From contig JALOCB010000007.1 in assembly GCA_023227985.1 (NCBI GenBank), positions 399 through 64,398 of the forward strand: 64,000 bases of DNA. The letters are read 5' to 3'. The stretch comes from Candidatus Omnitrophota bacterium (lineage in GTDB: Bacteria > Omnitrophota > Gorgyraeia > Gygaellales > Profunditerraquicolaceae). Shown here one piece after another: positions 28,066 through 36,790 of this stretch. Numbering within the stretch: the first letter of the stretch is position 1; each line of letters starts with the position of its first letter. A program made the translations under genes and the position numbers. Below the pieces are notes generated by a model. It made no database searches. It was given only the letters and a program-made list of their open reading frames with translations, and had not been told where the DNA came from.

Positions 28066-28890
28066 TTGTCTATAAGAATGAATAAGATCAACGGTAATTT
28101 TCTGGATATAGGGTATATGGATACTTTGGCCTGCGCCGACAGCCCTGTGCACAGGCTGGATCCCCGGGCCAAATTAATAGCCACGTTTGTTTTTATCGTG
28201 ACTGTCGTGTCTTTTGACAGGTATGCCATATCCGGGTTGCTGCCGTTTTTTATCTTTCCCGTGGTAATGATCTCCGTTGCCGGGTTGCCGGCCAGGTATA
28301 TCCTTAGAAAAGTGCTTTTGATCTCGCCTTTCGCGATATTGATCGCGATATGTAATCCTTTTCTGGACCGGAGTATTCTTTTTCATGTAGGGGGGATCAA
28401 TATTTCCGGCGGCTGGGTTTCTTTTATCTCTATACTCCTGCGTTTCTTTTTAACGGTGACCGCGGCATTGGTATTGGTTGCATCCACCGGTTTTAACGCG
28501 GTCTGCCTGGCATTGTCCAAGCTGGGACTGCCTAAGCCTTTTGTTATGCAGTTATTATTTCTCTACCGATATATTTTTGTCCTGCTGGAAGAAACAGAAA
28601 GGCTGGTCCGGGCCAGGGCGCTGAGATCTTTTAGCGGCACCGCTATGAAGTTAACAACGTTCACTTCCCTGATCAGCCATCTTTTACTGCGCACGCTGGA
28701 CCGCGCCCAACGTATATATCTGGCCATGTGTTGCCGCGGTTTTGACGGGAATGTCCGGCTTATCCGGTCAATGAAGAAGGGTCGCAGCGAAATAATATTC
28801 GTGGCAGGCTGGTCGGTATTGTTCATTATTTTAAGGTATTGGAATATTCCTTTACATGTCGGCGCGTTGATCACCCGGAGGAGTCTATGA
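28066..28890 (+). CDS. ECF transporter transmembrane (T) component CbiQ/NikQ
   Basis: A polytopic CbiQ-family protein. 274 aa. Its stop overlaps the next ATG. Confidence 0.7.
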   Translation: MSIRMNKINGNFLDIGYMDTLACADSPVHRLDPRAKLIATFVFIVTVVSFDRYAISGLLPFFIFPVVMISVAGLPARYILRKVLLISPFAILIAICNPFLDRSILFHVGGINISGGWVSFISILLRFFLTVTAALVLVASTGFNAVCLALSKLGLPKPFVMQLLFLYRYIFVLLEETERLVRARALRSFSGTAMKLTTFTSLISHLLLRTLDRAQRIYLAMCCRGFDGNVRLIRSMKKGRSEIIFVAGWSVLFIILRYWNIPLHVGALITRRSL

Positions 28891-29636
28891 GCCACCATAT
28901 CGTCGAAGCTATGGACCTGCATTATACCTATCCTGACAAAACCGCGGCGTTGGCCGGCGTATCCTTCCGGATCTCCCATGGGGAATCAGTGGCCCTGGTA
29001 GGCGAGAACGGCGCAGGCAAATCCACGCTGTTATTGCATTTGAACGGATATCTGCGCGCCACGTCCGGCAAGGTGCGTATCGGGGATTGTTTGTTGACTC
29101 CCCAGAACCTGTCGATCGTGCGCCGCAGCGTAGGGATGGTATTCCAAAATCCCGACGACCAATTGTTCATGCCTACGGTATTTGATGATGTGGCTTTCGG
29201 CCCGCTTAATCTTGGCTTGCCCAAAGAGGAGGTGGAGCGCAAAGTCGTTGTGGCCCTGGAAACCGTGGGCATGGCGCATCTGGCAAAGCGTCCGCCGTAT
29301 AAGCTCTCCCAGGGGGAAAAGCGCTCCGTGGCTATAGCCACGGTCCTGGCCATGTCGCCGGATATCCTGGTTATGGATGAACCTACTTCCAGCCTTGACC
29401 CGCGCTCGCGCAGGCGGCTGATCGAACTGCTCAAGACCTTCCGCCATACCAAGATAATCGCCACTCACGACCTGGATATGGCAATGGACCTTTGTGAGAG
29501 GGCTATTGTTCTTCACCGGGGAAAGGTCACTGCCGACGGTCCGACGGCAGAACTTTTCCAGGATGAAGGCCTTCTTTCCCGCAGCTGCCTGGAGAAACCG
29601 CTGCGCATGCAGCATTGTGCAAAGACCGGGTCTTGA
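28887..29636 (+). CDS. ECF transporter ATPase CbiO/NikO
   Basis: Walker A (GENGAGKST), the ABC signature (LSQGEKRSVAIA) and Walker B (LVMDEPTSSLD). The start at MSHHIVEAMDL is inferred. Confidence 0.85.
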   Translation: MSHHIVEAMDLHYTYPDKTAALAGVSFRISHGESVALVGENGAGKSTLLLHLNGYLRATSGKVRIGDCLLTPQNLSIVRRSVGMVFQNPDDQLFMPTVFDDVAFGPLNLGLPKEEVERKVVVALETVGMAHLAKRPPYKLSQGEKRSVAIATVLAMSPDILVMDEPTSSLDPRSRRRLIELLKTFRHTKIIATHDLDMAMDLCERAIVLHRGKVTADGPTAELFQDEGLLSRSCLEKPLRMQHCAKTGS

Positions 29637-29639
29637 AAC
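29622..29639. repeat. 18-nt palindromic element AAGACCGGGTCTTGAAAC, copy spanning the nikO stop codon
   Basis: An identical or near-identical element recurs at 40946-40960 and 40987-41004. Confidence 0.5.
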
Positions 29640-29712
29640 CGGTTGGGGCAGCGATATTTATTGAATAAATATGCCGGGATGATACAATTTAAAATAACCG
29701 GGATGACCTTGT

Positions 29713-30522
29713 ATGCAGGCAGCGGATAAACTAAAGAAGCTTCGGTGTATCTTAAAAGAAATGCGTTCGGTGCTGGTCGCTTTTTCCGGTGGAGCGGACA
29801 GCGCTTTCTTGCTTGCGGTAGCGGAAAGTGTCCTTAAGGGGGATGTGCTGGCGGTAACCGGGGTTTCCCCGTCGATATCCCTTAAGGAGATCGATGAGGC
29901 GTCCCAATTGGCTAAAATACTGAAAGTCAGGCACAGGAGGATAAAATATAGCCTGTCCAAAGAATTCTGGCGAAATTCCGCCAAACGGTGCTATTATTGT
30001 AAGAAGGCTTTATTTATAAGATTAAAAAATATTGCCGGAAGGCAAAAGCTGTCTTGTATTGCCGATGCCACAAATACCGATGACCGCCTTGATTATAGGC
30101 CAGGCGCAGCGGCTCTGAAGGAATTGGGAATAAGGAGCCCGCTTCAAGAAGCGGGATTGAGCAAGAAAGAGATCCGGCTGCTTTCCCGTAAGATCGGCCT
30201 TAAGTCCTGGGATAAGCAGGCGTCAGCCTGTCTTGCTTCCCGGATCCCTTATAATGAGCGCATAACTCCGGAAAAGCTTTTGCGGGTCGGCAAAGCCGAG
30301 GAATTCATCCGCGGGCTGGGTTTTGATCAGGTTAGGGTGCGTTCGCACGCAGGACTGGCTAGGGTGGAATTGGGCCGGGGAGATATTCCCAAGGCTGTTA
30401 AGGTGAAGGAAAAGATATTACGTAAATTGCGGAGCCTGGGTTTTGTTTATGTGACTGTTGATCTGGAAGGTTACCGCGTCGGTTCGCTGAATGAGGTATT
30501 GGGATGGAAAAAAATAAAATAA
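29713..30522 (+). CDS. larE: LarE-like ATP-dependent sulfur transferase (PP-loop ATP pyrophosphatase) of nickel-pincer cofactor biosynthesis
   Basis: A PP-loop (SGGADS). 269 aa. A Cys in ASACLASRIPYNE. Adjacent to larB and the Ni transporter. Confidence 0.65.
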   Translation: MQAADKLKKLRCILKEMRSVLVAFSGGADSAFLLAVAESVLKGDVLAVTGVSPSISLKEIDEASQLAKILKVRHRRIKYSLSKEFWRNSAKRCYYCKKALFIRLKNIAGRQKLSCIADATNTDDRLDYRPGAAALKELGIRSPLQEAGLSKKEIRLLSRKIGLKSWDKQASACLASRIPYNERITPEKLLRVGKAEEFIRGLGFDQVRVRSHAGLARVELGRGDIPKAVKVKEKILRKLRSLGFVYVTVDLEGYRVGSLNEVLGWKKIK

Positions 30523-31262
30523 CCGCGCTGCTTAAGCGTGTAAGAGAAAAAAAGATAACGATCAACGATGCTTTCATGAAATTAAGGCATCTGCCTTATG
30601 AGGACCTGGGTTTTGCCAAGGTCGATCATCATCGTTTGATGCGCACTGGTTTCCCCGAGGTGATCTTTTGCCAGGGGAAAACCCCGGAACAGATACTGGC
30701 GATATTCAAGGCGCTTTCCCGGAAGAATAAAAAAGTGCTTTTGACCCGTGTTGACGGGAAAATGTTCAAGAAGATCAAAAGCATAAACCGCAGGGTATTT
30801 TATAACGCGCAAGCTCGGACTGTTTGTCTTGACGGGGCAAAGCCTGTCCGGGAAGGATTGGTTTCAGTGGTCTGCGCAGGCACAGCCGATATCACGGCGG
30901 CTGAAGAGGCGGCGGTCACGGCTGAGCTTTTTGGCAGCCGCGTGGAAAGGGTCTATGATGTGGGTGTGGCAGGCCTGCACCGTCTTTTAGGCTCGTTTAA
31001 AAAAATCTCAGCAAGCCGGTGCATCATTGTTTTAGCCGGAATGGACGGTGTTTTGCCCTCGGTAATAGGCGGTCTTGCTTCCTGTCCGGTGGTCGCTGTG
31101 CCGACATCAGTGGGTTACGGCGCTAATTTTAAAGGTATCGCGCCTCTTTTGACGATGCTCAACAGCTGCGCCCCGGGAGTGTCCGTGGTTAATATCGATA
31201 ACGGCTTTGGCGCCGGATACATCGCTTCTCTTATCAACAGGGGCGCGGCATGCGTGACCTAA
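30504..31262 (+). CDS. larB: LarB-like nickel-pincer nucleotide biosynthesis carboxylase/hydrolase (PurE-like fold)
   Basis: EDLGFAKVDHHRLMRTGFPEVIFCQGKT, VVCAGTADITAAEEA, AGMDGVLPSVIGGL. 252 aa. Confidence 0.7.
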   Translation: MEKNKITALLKRVREKKITINDAFMKLRHLPYEDLGFAKVDHHRLMRTGFPEVIFCQGKTPEQILAIFKALSRKNKKVLLTRVDGKMFKKIKSINRRVFYNAQARTVCLDGAKPVREGLVSVVCAGTADITAAEEAAVTAELFGSRVERVYDVGVAGLHRLLGSFKKISASRCIIVLAGMDGVLPSVIGGLASCPVVAVPTSVGYGANFKGIAPLLTMLNSCAPGVSVVNIDNGFGAGYIASLINRGAACVT

Positions 31263-31579
31263 AGCCTGTTTTGAAACAGATAGAAGGCAACGAACGGTTC
31301 CAGCGTTTGCTCGCCGGAGCCCCTTTTACCGCCGGGATCAAATCAGGGGCAGTGATACTGGCCCCCGGCGAATCCGTGGGCGAGCATAAAACCGAATCCC
31401 GGGAAGAGGCGATCGTCATATTGGAAGGCCGGGCGGATGTTCATATCCAAGGTAAATCCGCGTTTACCGCTGAAGCGCAAAGCCTGGTCTATATACCCCC
31501 TGAAACAAACCATGACATAAAAAATAACGGCGATAAGAAACTGCGCTATGTTTATGTGGTTGTTCCTGTCCTGCCTTGA
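31250..31579 (+). CDS. Cupin-domain protein
   Basis: The cupin motif GESVGEHKTESREEAIVILEGRADVHIQGK...YIPPETNHDIKN. 109 aa. Confidence 0.55.
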   Translation: MRDLKPVLKQIEGNERFQRLLAGAPFTAGIKSGAVILAPGESVGEHKTESREEAIVILEGRADVHIQGKSAFTAEAQSLVYIPPETNHDIKNNGDKKLRYVYVVVPVLP

Positions 31580-31692
31580 GTTTATTAATATGCCACGTTG
31601 TGCTTGGCGGGTGATATAAATCTCATTGCCTAATAAGATATCCCGGGGTAAAATAATACCAAATAACTAATTCTCCCAAATAAGAGGTGCTT

Positions 31693-32940
31693 ATGAGTGG
31701 CGTGCTCTGCATAATCCTGGGCGGCGGAAGAGGGACAAGGCTTTTTCCTTTGACCAAATACCGGGCAAAGCCCGCGGTTCCTATCGCCGGGAAATACCGT
31801 CTGATCGATGTGCCGATAAGCAATTGCCTTAATTCCGGGTTCAATAAGATATATATCCTGACCCAATTCAACTCAAAATCTCTGAATAATCATATTTCCC
31901 GCGCTTATAAGCTGGACTCATTCTTCGGTGGTTTTGTGGAGATCATTGCCGCTGACCAGGCGATGGATCATGGAGACTGGTTCCAGGGCTCGGCTGACGC
32001 GGTGCGCAAAAGCTTCAAGCATTTTAACGACCCGAGGATCAAGCATATCCTGATCCTTTCGGGGGACCAGTTGTATAAAATGGATTTCAGCAAATTATTC
32101 AATTTTCACCTGGAGAAAAAATCCCAGATAACCGTCGCCTGCAACGCGGTGGATGGGAAGGATACCTCGGAATTGGGCATCATGGGCGTAGATAAGAACC
32201 AGCGGATAAAAACTTTTGTCGAAAAGCCCGGTTCTGCCGGGGCTATTCAGGGAATGGATGTGCGGGTAGAAGGCAAGGAGAAATTTCTTGCTTCGATGGG
32301 TATTTACCTGTTTGACAAAAGCGTCCTGGAAGGCCTGTTGGCGGATAACCGCAAGGATGATTTCGGTAAAGAGGTGATCCCTCAGGCGATCGCGGATAAA
32401 CCCGCGCACGCCTTTATCTATAACGGGTACTGGAAGGATATTGGTTCTATTGAATCGTTCTACCAAGAGAATATGGCGTTCACTGACCTGAAACCGCCGC
32501 TTGACCTGTTTGACGAGGACTGGCAGTTCTATACCCGTCCGCGTTATCTGCCTTTATCCCGGGTGATAAAAAGCGAGATAGAGAATTCCAATGTCGCCGA
32601 GGGGGCGATCATCGAGAGGTCCCGGATCACCCATTCTATCGTGGGTTTGAGAAGCAGGATCGGCGCGGATTCGGTTATCGAAGACTCGATCCTTATGGGT
32701 AACGACTATTATGATATGGATGCTTCCGGCGGCAAGGCTAATGCCCAGCCCGGTCTGGGTATCGGCAAGGGGTGTGTGATCAAAAAGGCGATAGTGGATA
32801 AGAATGTTCGGATCGGGGATAACGTAAAGATCGTCAACGACAAGAATGTCCGGGAATTCGAGAATGAATATTGCGTGATCCGCAACGGGATAATAATCGT
32901 TCCCAAGAATACGGTCATGCCTTCAGGCACGGTCATATAA
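31693..32940 (+). CDS. glgC: Glucose-1-phosphate adenylyltransferase
   Basis: IILGGGRGTRLFPLTKYRAKPAVPIAGKYRLIDVPISNCLNSG. A C-terminal left-handed beta-helix. The RBS AAGAGG precedes the ATG at 31693. Confidence 0.85.
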   Translation: MSGVLCIILGGGRGTRLFPLTKYRAKPAVPIAGKYRLIDVPISNCLNSGFNKIYILTQFNSKSLNNHISRAYKLDSFFGGFVEIIAADQAMDHGDWFQGSADAVRKSFKHFNDPRIKHILILSGDQLYKMDFSKLFNFHLEKKSQITVACNAVDGKDTSELGIMGVDKNQRIKTFVEKPGSAGAIQGMDVRVEGKEKFLASMGIYLFDKSVLEGLLADNRKDDFGKEVIPQAIADKPAHAFIYNGYWKDIGSIESFYQENMAFTDLKPPLDLFDEDWQFYTRPRYLPLSRVIKSEIENSNVAEGAIIERSRITHSIVGLRSRIGADSVIEDSILMGNDYYDMDASGGKANAQPGLGIGKGCVIKKAIVDKNVRIGDNVKIVNDKNVREFENEYCVIRNGIIIVPKNTVMPSGTVI

Positions 32941-32944
32941 ACAG

Positions 32945-33316
32945 ATGATAAACAAGAAAAAGGTCCTGGTGATAGATGACAGCAAGCTTATCCTCACGAT
33001 GATCGCGGATGAGCTGGAAATGCGCGGGTTCGAGTTCATTGCGGTTTCCGACGGAGCTCAGGGCCTGAAGAAAGTAAAAGAATCAAAGCCCGATATTATT
33101 ATCCTGGATCTTATATTGCCCGGTCTTTCCGGTGAAGAGGTGTGCCGGGAGATAAGAAGGGATGAGAGGACATTCGATATCCCGGTTATCATGCTTACCG
33201 CCAAGAATACGGACGCGGATAAGATCATCGGCAAGGTTATCGGAGCCGACTGCTATATCCCCAAGCCGTTTGAGATGGATAACCTTTTGAAGGAAATAAC
33301 CCGGCTCATTAAATAA
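32945..33316 (+). CDS. Stand-alone response regulator receiver domain protein
   Basis: KVLVIDDSKLIL...DIIILDLILPGLSGEE...K near the C-terminus. 123 aa. No output domain. Confidence 0.75.
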   Translation: MINKKKVLVIDDSKLILTMIADELEMRGFEFIAVSDGAQGLKKVKESKPDIIILDLILPGLSGEEVCREIRRDERTFDIPVIMLTAKNTDADKIIGKVIGADCYIPKPFEMDNLLKEITRLIK

Positions 33317-33330
33317 CAGGTAGCATTACG

Positions 33331-34695
33331 ATGAAGCTGCGCCGCTGCCTTTTGTTGCTCCTTGTTTTGGGAATAGCCGGTTCTCCGGCTGCCCGGGCTG
33401 AAACAGCCCAACTTTCCTGGAAAGTCCTCTCCCAGAAACTGCAAAGCCGGGTGGATAAAGGTCTCCTGGGTAATGATGTAAGGGTTTCTTTTCAGAACTG
33501 CCCTTTAGGCGACTATAAAGCTGAAGAACTGATGGCTTACACTATGCGCGGTGACGGGTGGGTTGTCATCCAGATGCGCAATAAGGTCAAGGAACTGAAG
33601 GTATCGCCTGCCGAGCTTATCTGGCTCTCTAAATTTCTGCTCGAGCATAACCTGGGGGATTTCCCGGAACAAGAATCGCCGGCGGATAACAGCGCTTCTT
33701 ATGGGATAATCATCAGCATAGAAGGTCATCGTAAATCCATTCAGCTTTATAATTTGCTTAATGATGTTGACCGGGAGATCGTCTGGCAATACCTTTTCCG
33801 GCTAGGTCAGCTTATCCTGACGGAAGTGGGATTACGGGATAAAGCTGAGCCGCTGTTGCCGGTATGCAAAGGCGTAGTCGGGTATACCGAGATCGACAGC
33901 AATAACGACAGACGGGCCGAATGGCTGCGGCTGGAGCTGGGATTTTACAGCTTTAAACCGGGGGATTATACAGTTAACTTCGGCGGGTATAGACAAAATA
34001 TATTTTTATCTCAAGGTAATTCCATCCGGGAGTTCGCGTTAAATACCTATTTATTGTCCAGTCCTGATCTTCAGTTGAAAGAATACCTGCAATTCGCGAT
34101 AAATTCCCCGGGAGATGACCCGTTAAAACCTTATAAAATGGACCTGGGATTGGATTCTTATTTATACAAGTTAAATGTTTCCCGTTTGCAGCCGGATCTT
34201 TTTTTTAAAGGGAGCGGCCGGCATAGTTTTAGATTAGGTCTGGATCAGACCGTGTTCCTGGGGGTTAAAAGGAATGACGCGTATCCGGATGAGGTCATCC
34301 ACCGCTTCAGCATATCCGGAATAGCGCCGGGTGAGGTTAGGCTTGGCCCCGGGGAAGGCGAAGGCCAGACGATAAAAGTGGATGATAATGAGATCACCTT
34401 GGATTTTTACGGATGCATTTCCAGTGCGCTGCGGCTTAAGGCGATAGAAGGTAATTACGCGGTATTTGAGACTGGGTGGAATATCCCGGATAAAGATTTG
34501 CTTAAGGAAAAGATAAGCGATTACCGGGATTACATTGCCAGCGGTAAATTCAAAGATAATGAAGAGTCTCTGAAGTTTTCTATCGGCTATTACGAGGAGT
34601 GCCTGGGGGATTTGCGCACGCTCGATGATCTGGCGGTAAGGGTGATTTATTCCCAGCCTTCAACTGGGGAGATGTTATGGGAAAATGGGTCATGA
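33331..34695 (+). CDS. Hypothetical secreted protein (signal peptide), no recognised domain
   Basis: MKLRRCLLLLLVLGIAGSPAARA signal peptide. 454 aa. Confidence 0.5.
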   Translation: MKLRRCLLLLLVLGIAGSPAARAETAQLSWKVLSQKLQSRVDKGLLGNDVRVSFQNCPLGDYKAEELMAYTMRGDGWVVIQMRNKVKELKVSPAELIWLSKFLLEHNLGDFPEQESPADNSASYGIIISIEGHRKSIQLYNLLNDVDREIVWQYLFRLGQLILTEVGLRDKAEPLLPVCKGVVGYTEIDSNNDRRAEWLRLELGFYSFKPGDYTVNFGGYRQNIFLSQGNSIREFALNTYLLSSPDLQLKEYLQFAINSPGDDPLKPYKMDLGLDSYLYKLNVSRLQPDLFFKGSGRHSFRLGLDQTVFLGVKRNDAYPDEVIHRFSISGIAPGEVRLGPGEGEGQTIKVDDNEITLDFYGCISSALRLKAIEGNYAVFETGWNIPDKDLLKEKISDYRDYIASGKFKDNEESLKFSIGYYEECLGDLRTLDDLAVRVIYSQPSTGEMLWENGS

Positions 34696-34937
34696 GGATA
34701 AATTTTTGTCTGTTGGGGGTTATTAATTCCCGCAGCCCGTTTTCTGTCCAGGCGCAAGAGGATAGTATCCCCCGCGGTCAAAGGTAACCCGAAAAGGAAG
34801 TTTGCTGGTCTTGGGAAATACCGCTGAATATGCCGGTCGCAGGATATTGGATATGCACGAGGAGTCTGAACAATTGGTTGAAGACGAGCGACAGCAAATT
34901 AATCCATAAAACGGTATTTTTTTCTGCGAATGATTGT

Positions 34938-35618
34938 ATGAAAAAGATCAAGTATGAACGGTTGTTGTTTTTGATGTGTGTAATTATCAGCGGCTGCGCC
35001 GCAGTGAATTTCTCGGCCAATTATTACGATCCTCCGGATAATTACCGCGCTCAGGTAATGGGTATCTGGGACGAATTGACCGCAAGCGTAAAGGTCAGCG
35101 GTTATCAGGTGGCCATAGTCCCTGAAGGCGTATGCAAAATGGGGATCCCGGAGATCGAGGGCAGGTTGGTAAAACTGCCGGACAGCTTCATAAAATACGT
35201 TTTTCAGAATTATTACGCCGACAGAAAGAAGGTGTTCATTTGTGTGGCCAGCCATGAGATCTCTCATGTGGAGTATAACCTGCATAACATGTCAACGCCA
35301 AAAGAGCATTATGAAGTGGATAAGAAAGCCATGGAGCTGTTGAGTAACGCGGGCATATGCCGGCCGCAGGATTATTATAATACATTTCTTGTGTTGAAGG
35401 ATTACTGGTTCGCCCGCAAAGGAATGGCCGGGCATATGGCTAACGCCGGATGGAATTTGGTGAGCGCGGCCAGCGTGGCCTGCGGAGGCCCGGGTTATTT
35501 CGCCAACTGGTTCGCCACTGATCTGGATAAAAGAATAGCACTTATCCGTAAGTATAACAAAATACCGCGTGGCAGCCGGTTTAAAAGGTCCAGGAAGAAA
35601 GGCGATAAGGAATGGTAA
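34938..35618 (+). CDS. Putative lipoprotein with an HExxH zinc-metallopeptidase-like motif
   Basis: Lipobox (VIISGCAA). HEISH motif at CVASHEISHVEY. The start at MKKIKYERLL is inferred within the longer track ORF. Confidence 0.45.
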   Translation: MKKIKYERLLFLMCVIISGCAAVNFSANYYDPPDNYRAQVMGIWDELTASVKVSGYQVAIVPEGVCKMGIPEIEGRLVKLPDSFIKYVFQNYYADRKKVFICVASHEISHVEYNLHNMSTPKEHYEVDKKAMELLSNAGICRPQDYYNTFLVLKDYWFARKGMAGHMANAGWNLVSAASVACGGPGYFANWFATDLDKRIALIRKYNKIPRGSRFKRSRKKGDKEW

Positions 35619-36481
35619 AGATATTCCGCAGGCCGGTTCATTTGATCATTATTGTGCTGTCCTTGTCATTGGCAGGATGCATGATGTCCGGCAGGATAGA
35701 AAATTCGTTATTCCTGGGGGGAAAAGGCGGTTTGACCAAATATGCCCGGGATATCGTGATCGTTCCGCCGGATTCGCGGCTGCCTGAATATGAAAAGCTG
35801 ACCTATGAGATGAACTGGATCGGCATACCTGTCGGCACGCTTACTACGTCGGTAAAGGGAATAAAGAACATTAACGGCAGGGACGCGTATGTGTTGGAGG
35901 CGGTTGCCAAGACCAACGGTTTCTTTTCAAAGATCTACAGGATAGATGACCGGTTCATTTCATATATGGATGTCGAGAAGCTGCATACTTTGCGTCACGA
36001 GGTCTATCGCCGCGACGGCAGTTATAAGAAGGACGCGATAACCGATTTCGACCAGATAAGCCATAAGGCCCATTTCAAGAATTCCCTGGATAAATCCGAA
36101 AAGCATTTCGATATCCCTGATAATATCCAGGATATCTTGAGCGCCTGTTATTATTTTCGGCTTCTCGGGTTAAAAGTGGGGGACAAAGTGGAATACGATG
36201 TCTGCAGCAATGAAGACAATTATCGTTTCCTGGGTTTGATCCAGTCCAAGATGTTTATCCGGCTGCCGAAGATCGGCGAGAATGAGGCATTTCAGCTTAT
36301 GCCTTACGCGAAGCTCCAGGACAAGAAGGTGGATAAAGGCAGGGTTAGCGCTTATTTTAGCTGCGATAAAAGAAGGATACCTTTATGTGCGGCGGTCAAA
36401 GGGCCGATATTCACCGAGGTGGGGATTACCCTGACTAAAATAGAATCTGAACCGCCAAACAGCATTAAAGCCAAACCTTAA
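35612..36481 (+). CDS. Hypothetical lipoprotein (DUF3108-like)
   Basis: Lipobox (LSLAGCMM). YEMNWIGIPVGTLT resembles DUF3108 proteins. 289 aa. Confidence 0.4.
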   Translation: MVKIFRRPVHLIIIVLSLSLAGCMMSGRIENSLFLGGKGGLTKYARDIVIVPPDSRLPEYEKLTYEMNWIGIPVGTLTTSVKGIKNINGRDAYVLEAVAKTNGFFSKIYRIDDRFISYMDVEKLHTLRHEVYRRDGSYKKDAITDFDQISHKAHFKNSLDKSEKHFDIPDNIQDILSACYYFRLLGLKVGDKVEYDVCSNEDNYRFLGLIQSKMFIRLPKIGENEAFQLMPYAKLQDKKVDKGRVSAYFSCDKRRIPLCAAVKGPIFTEVGITLTKIESEPPNSIKAKP

Positions 36482-36493
36482 CAGGAGGTATTA

Positions 36494-36676
36494 ATGGCCG
36501 AATATATCTGCCCGCATTGCCGTAAACCGGTCTATGATGATGAAGCGCTGTTGTGCCTTTATTGCGGGGAGAGCCTTAATCGCGGCAAGTTTTTTTTGAA
36601 ACCCAAGCCCCTTCTGATGGTAATCGTAATAATTATTCTAATCAGCTTTCTTGCCTTTATGCTGCAGACGTTGTAG
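36494..36676 (+). CDS. Small zinc-ribbon protein with a C-terminal TM helix
   Basis: CPHCRKPV...CLYCGE followed by a hydrophobic tail. 60 aa. Confidence 0.4.
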   Translation: MAEYICPHCRKPVYDDEALLCLYCGESLNRGKFFLKPKPLLMVIVIIILISFLAFMLQTL

Positions 36677-36678
36677 CT

Positions 36679-36790
36679 AACATCCTCCGGGGCATATAGA
36701 TACAAATAAATGTTTTATGGGCTATTTCTGTATTCATTTGTAATCCTTAGATATGCAATTAGATGCGTACAGCGTCTACGGTTCGTCTAC
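36679..36790. repeat. Degenerate second copy of the MITE-like element seen at 24887-24995
   Basis: It shares GCAGACGTTGTAGC, TACAAATAAATGTTTT, CATTTGTAA and GCGTACAGCGTCTAC with the first copy. Confidence 0.45.
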
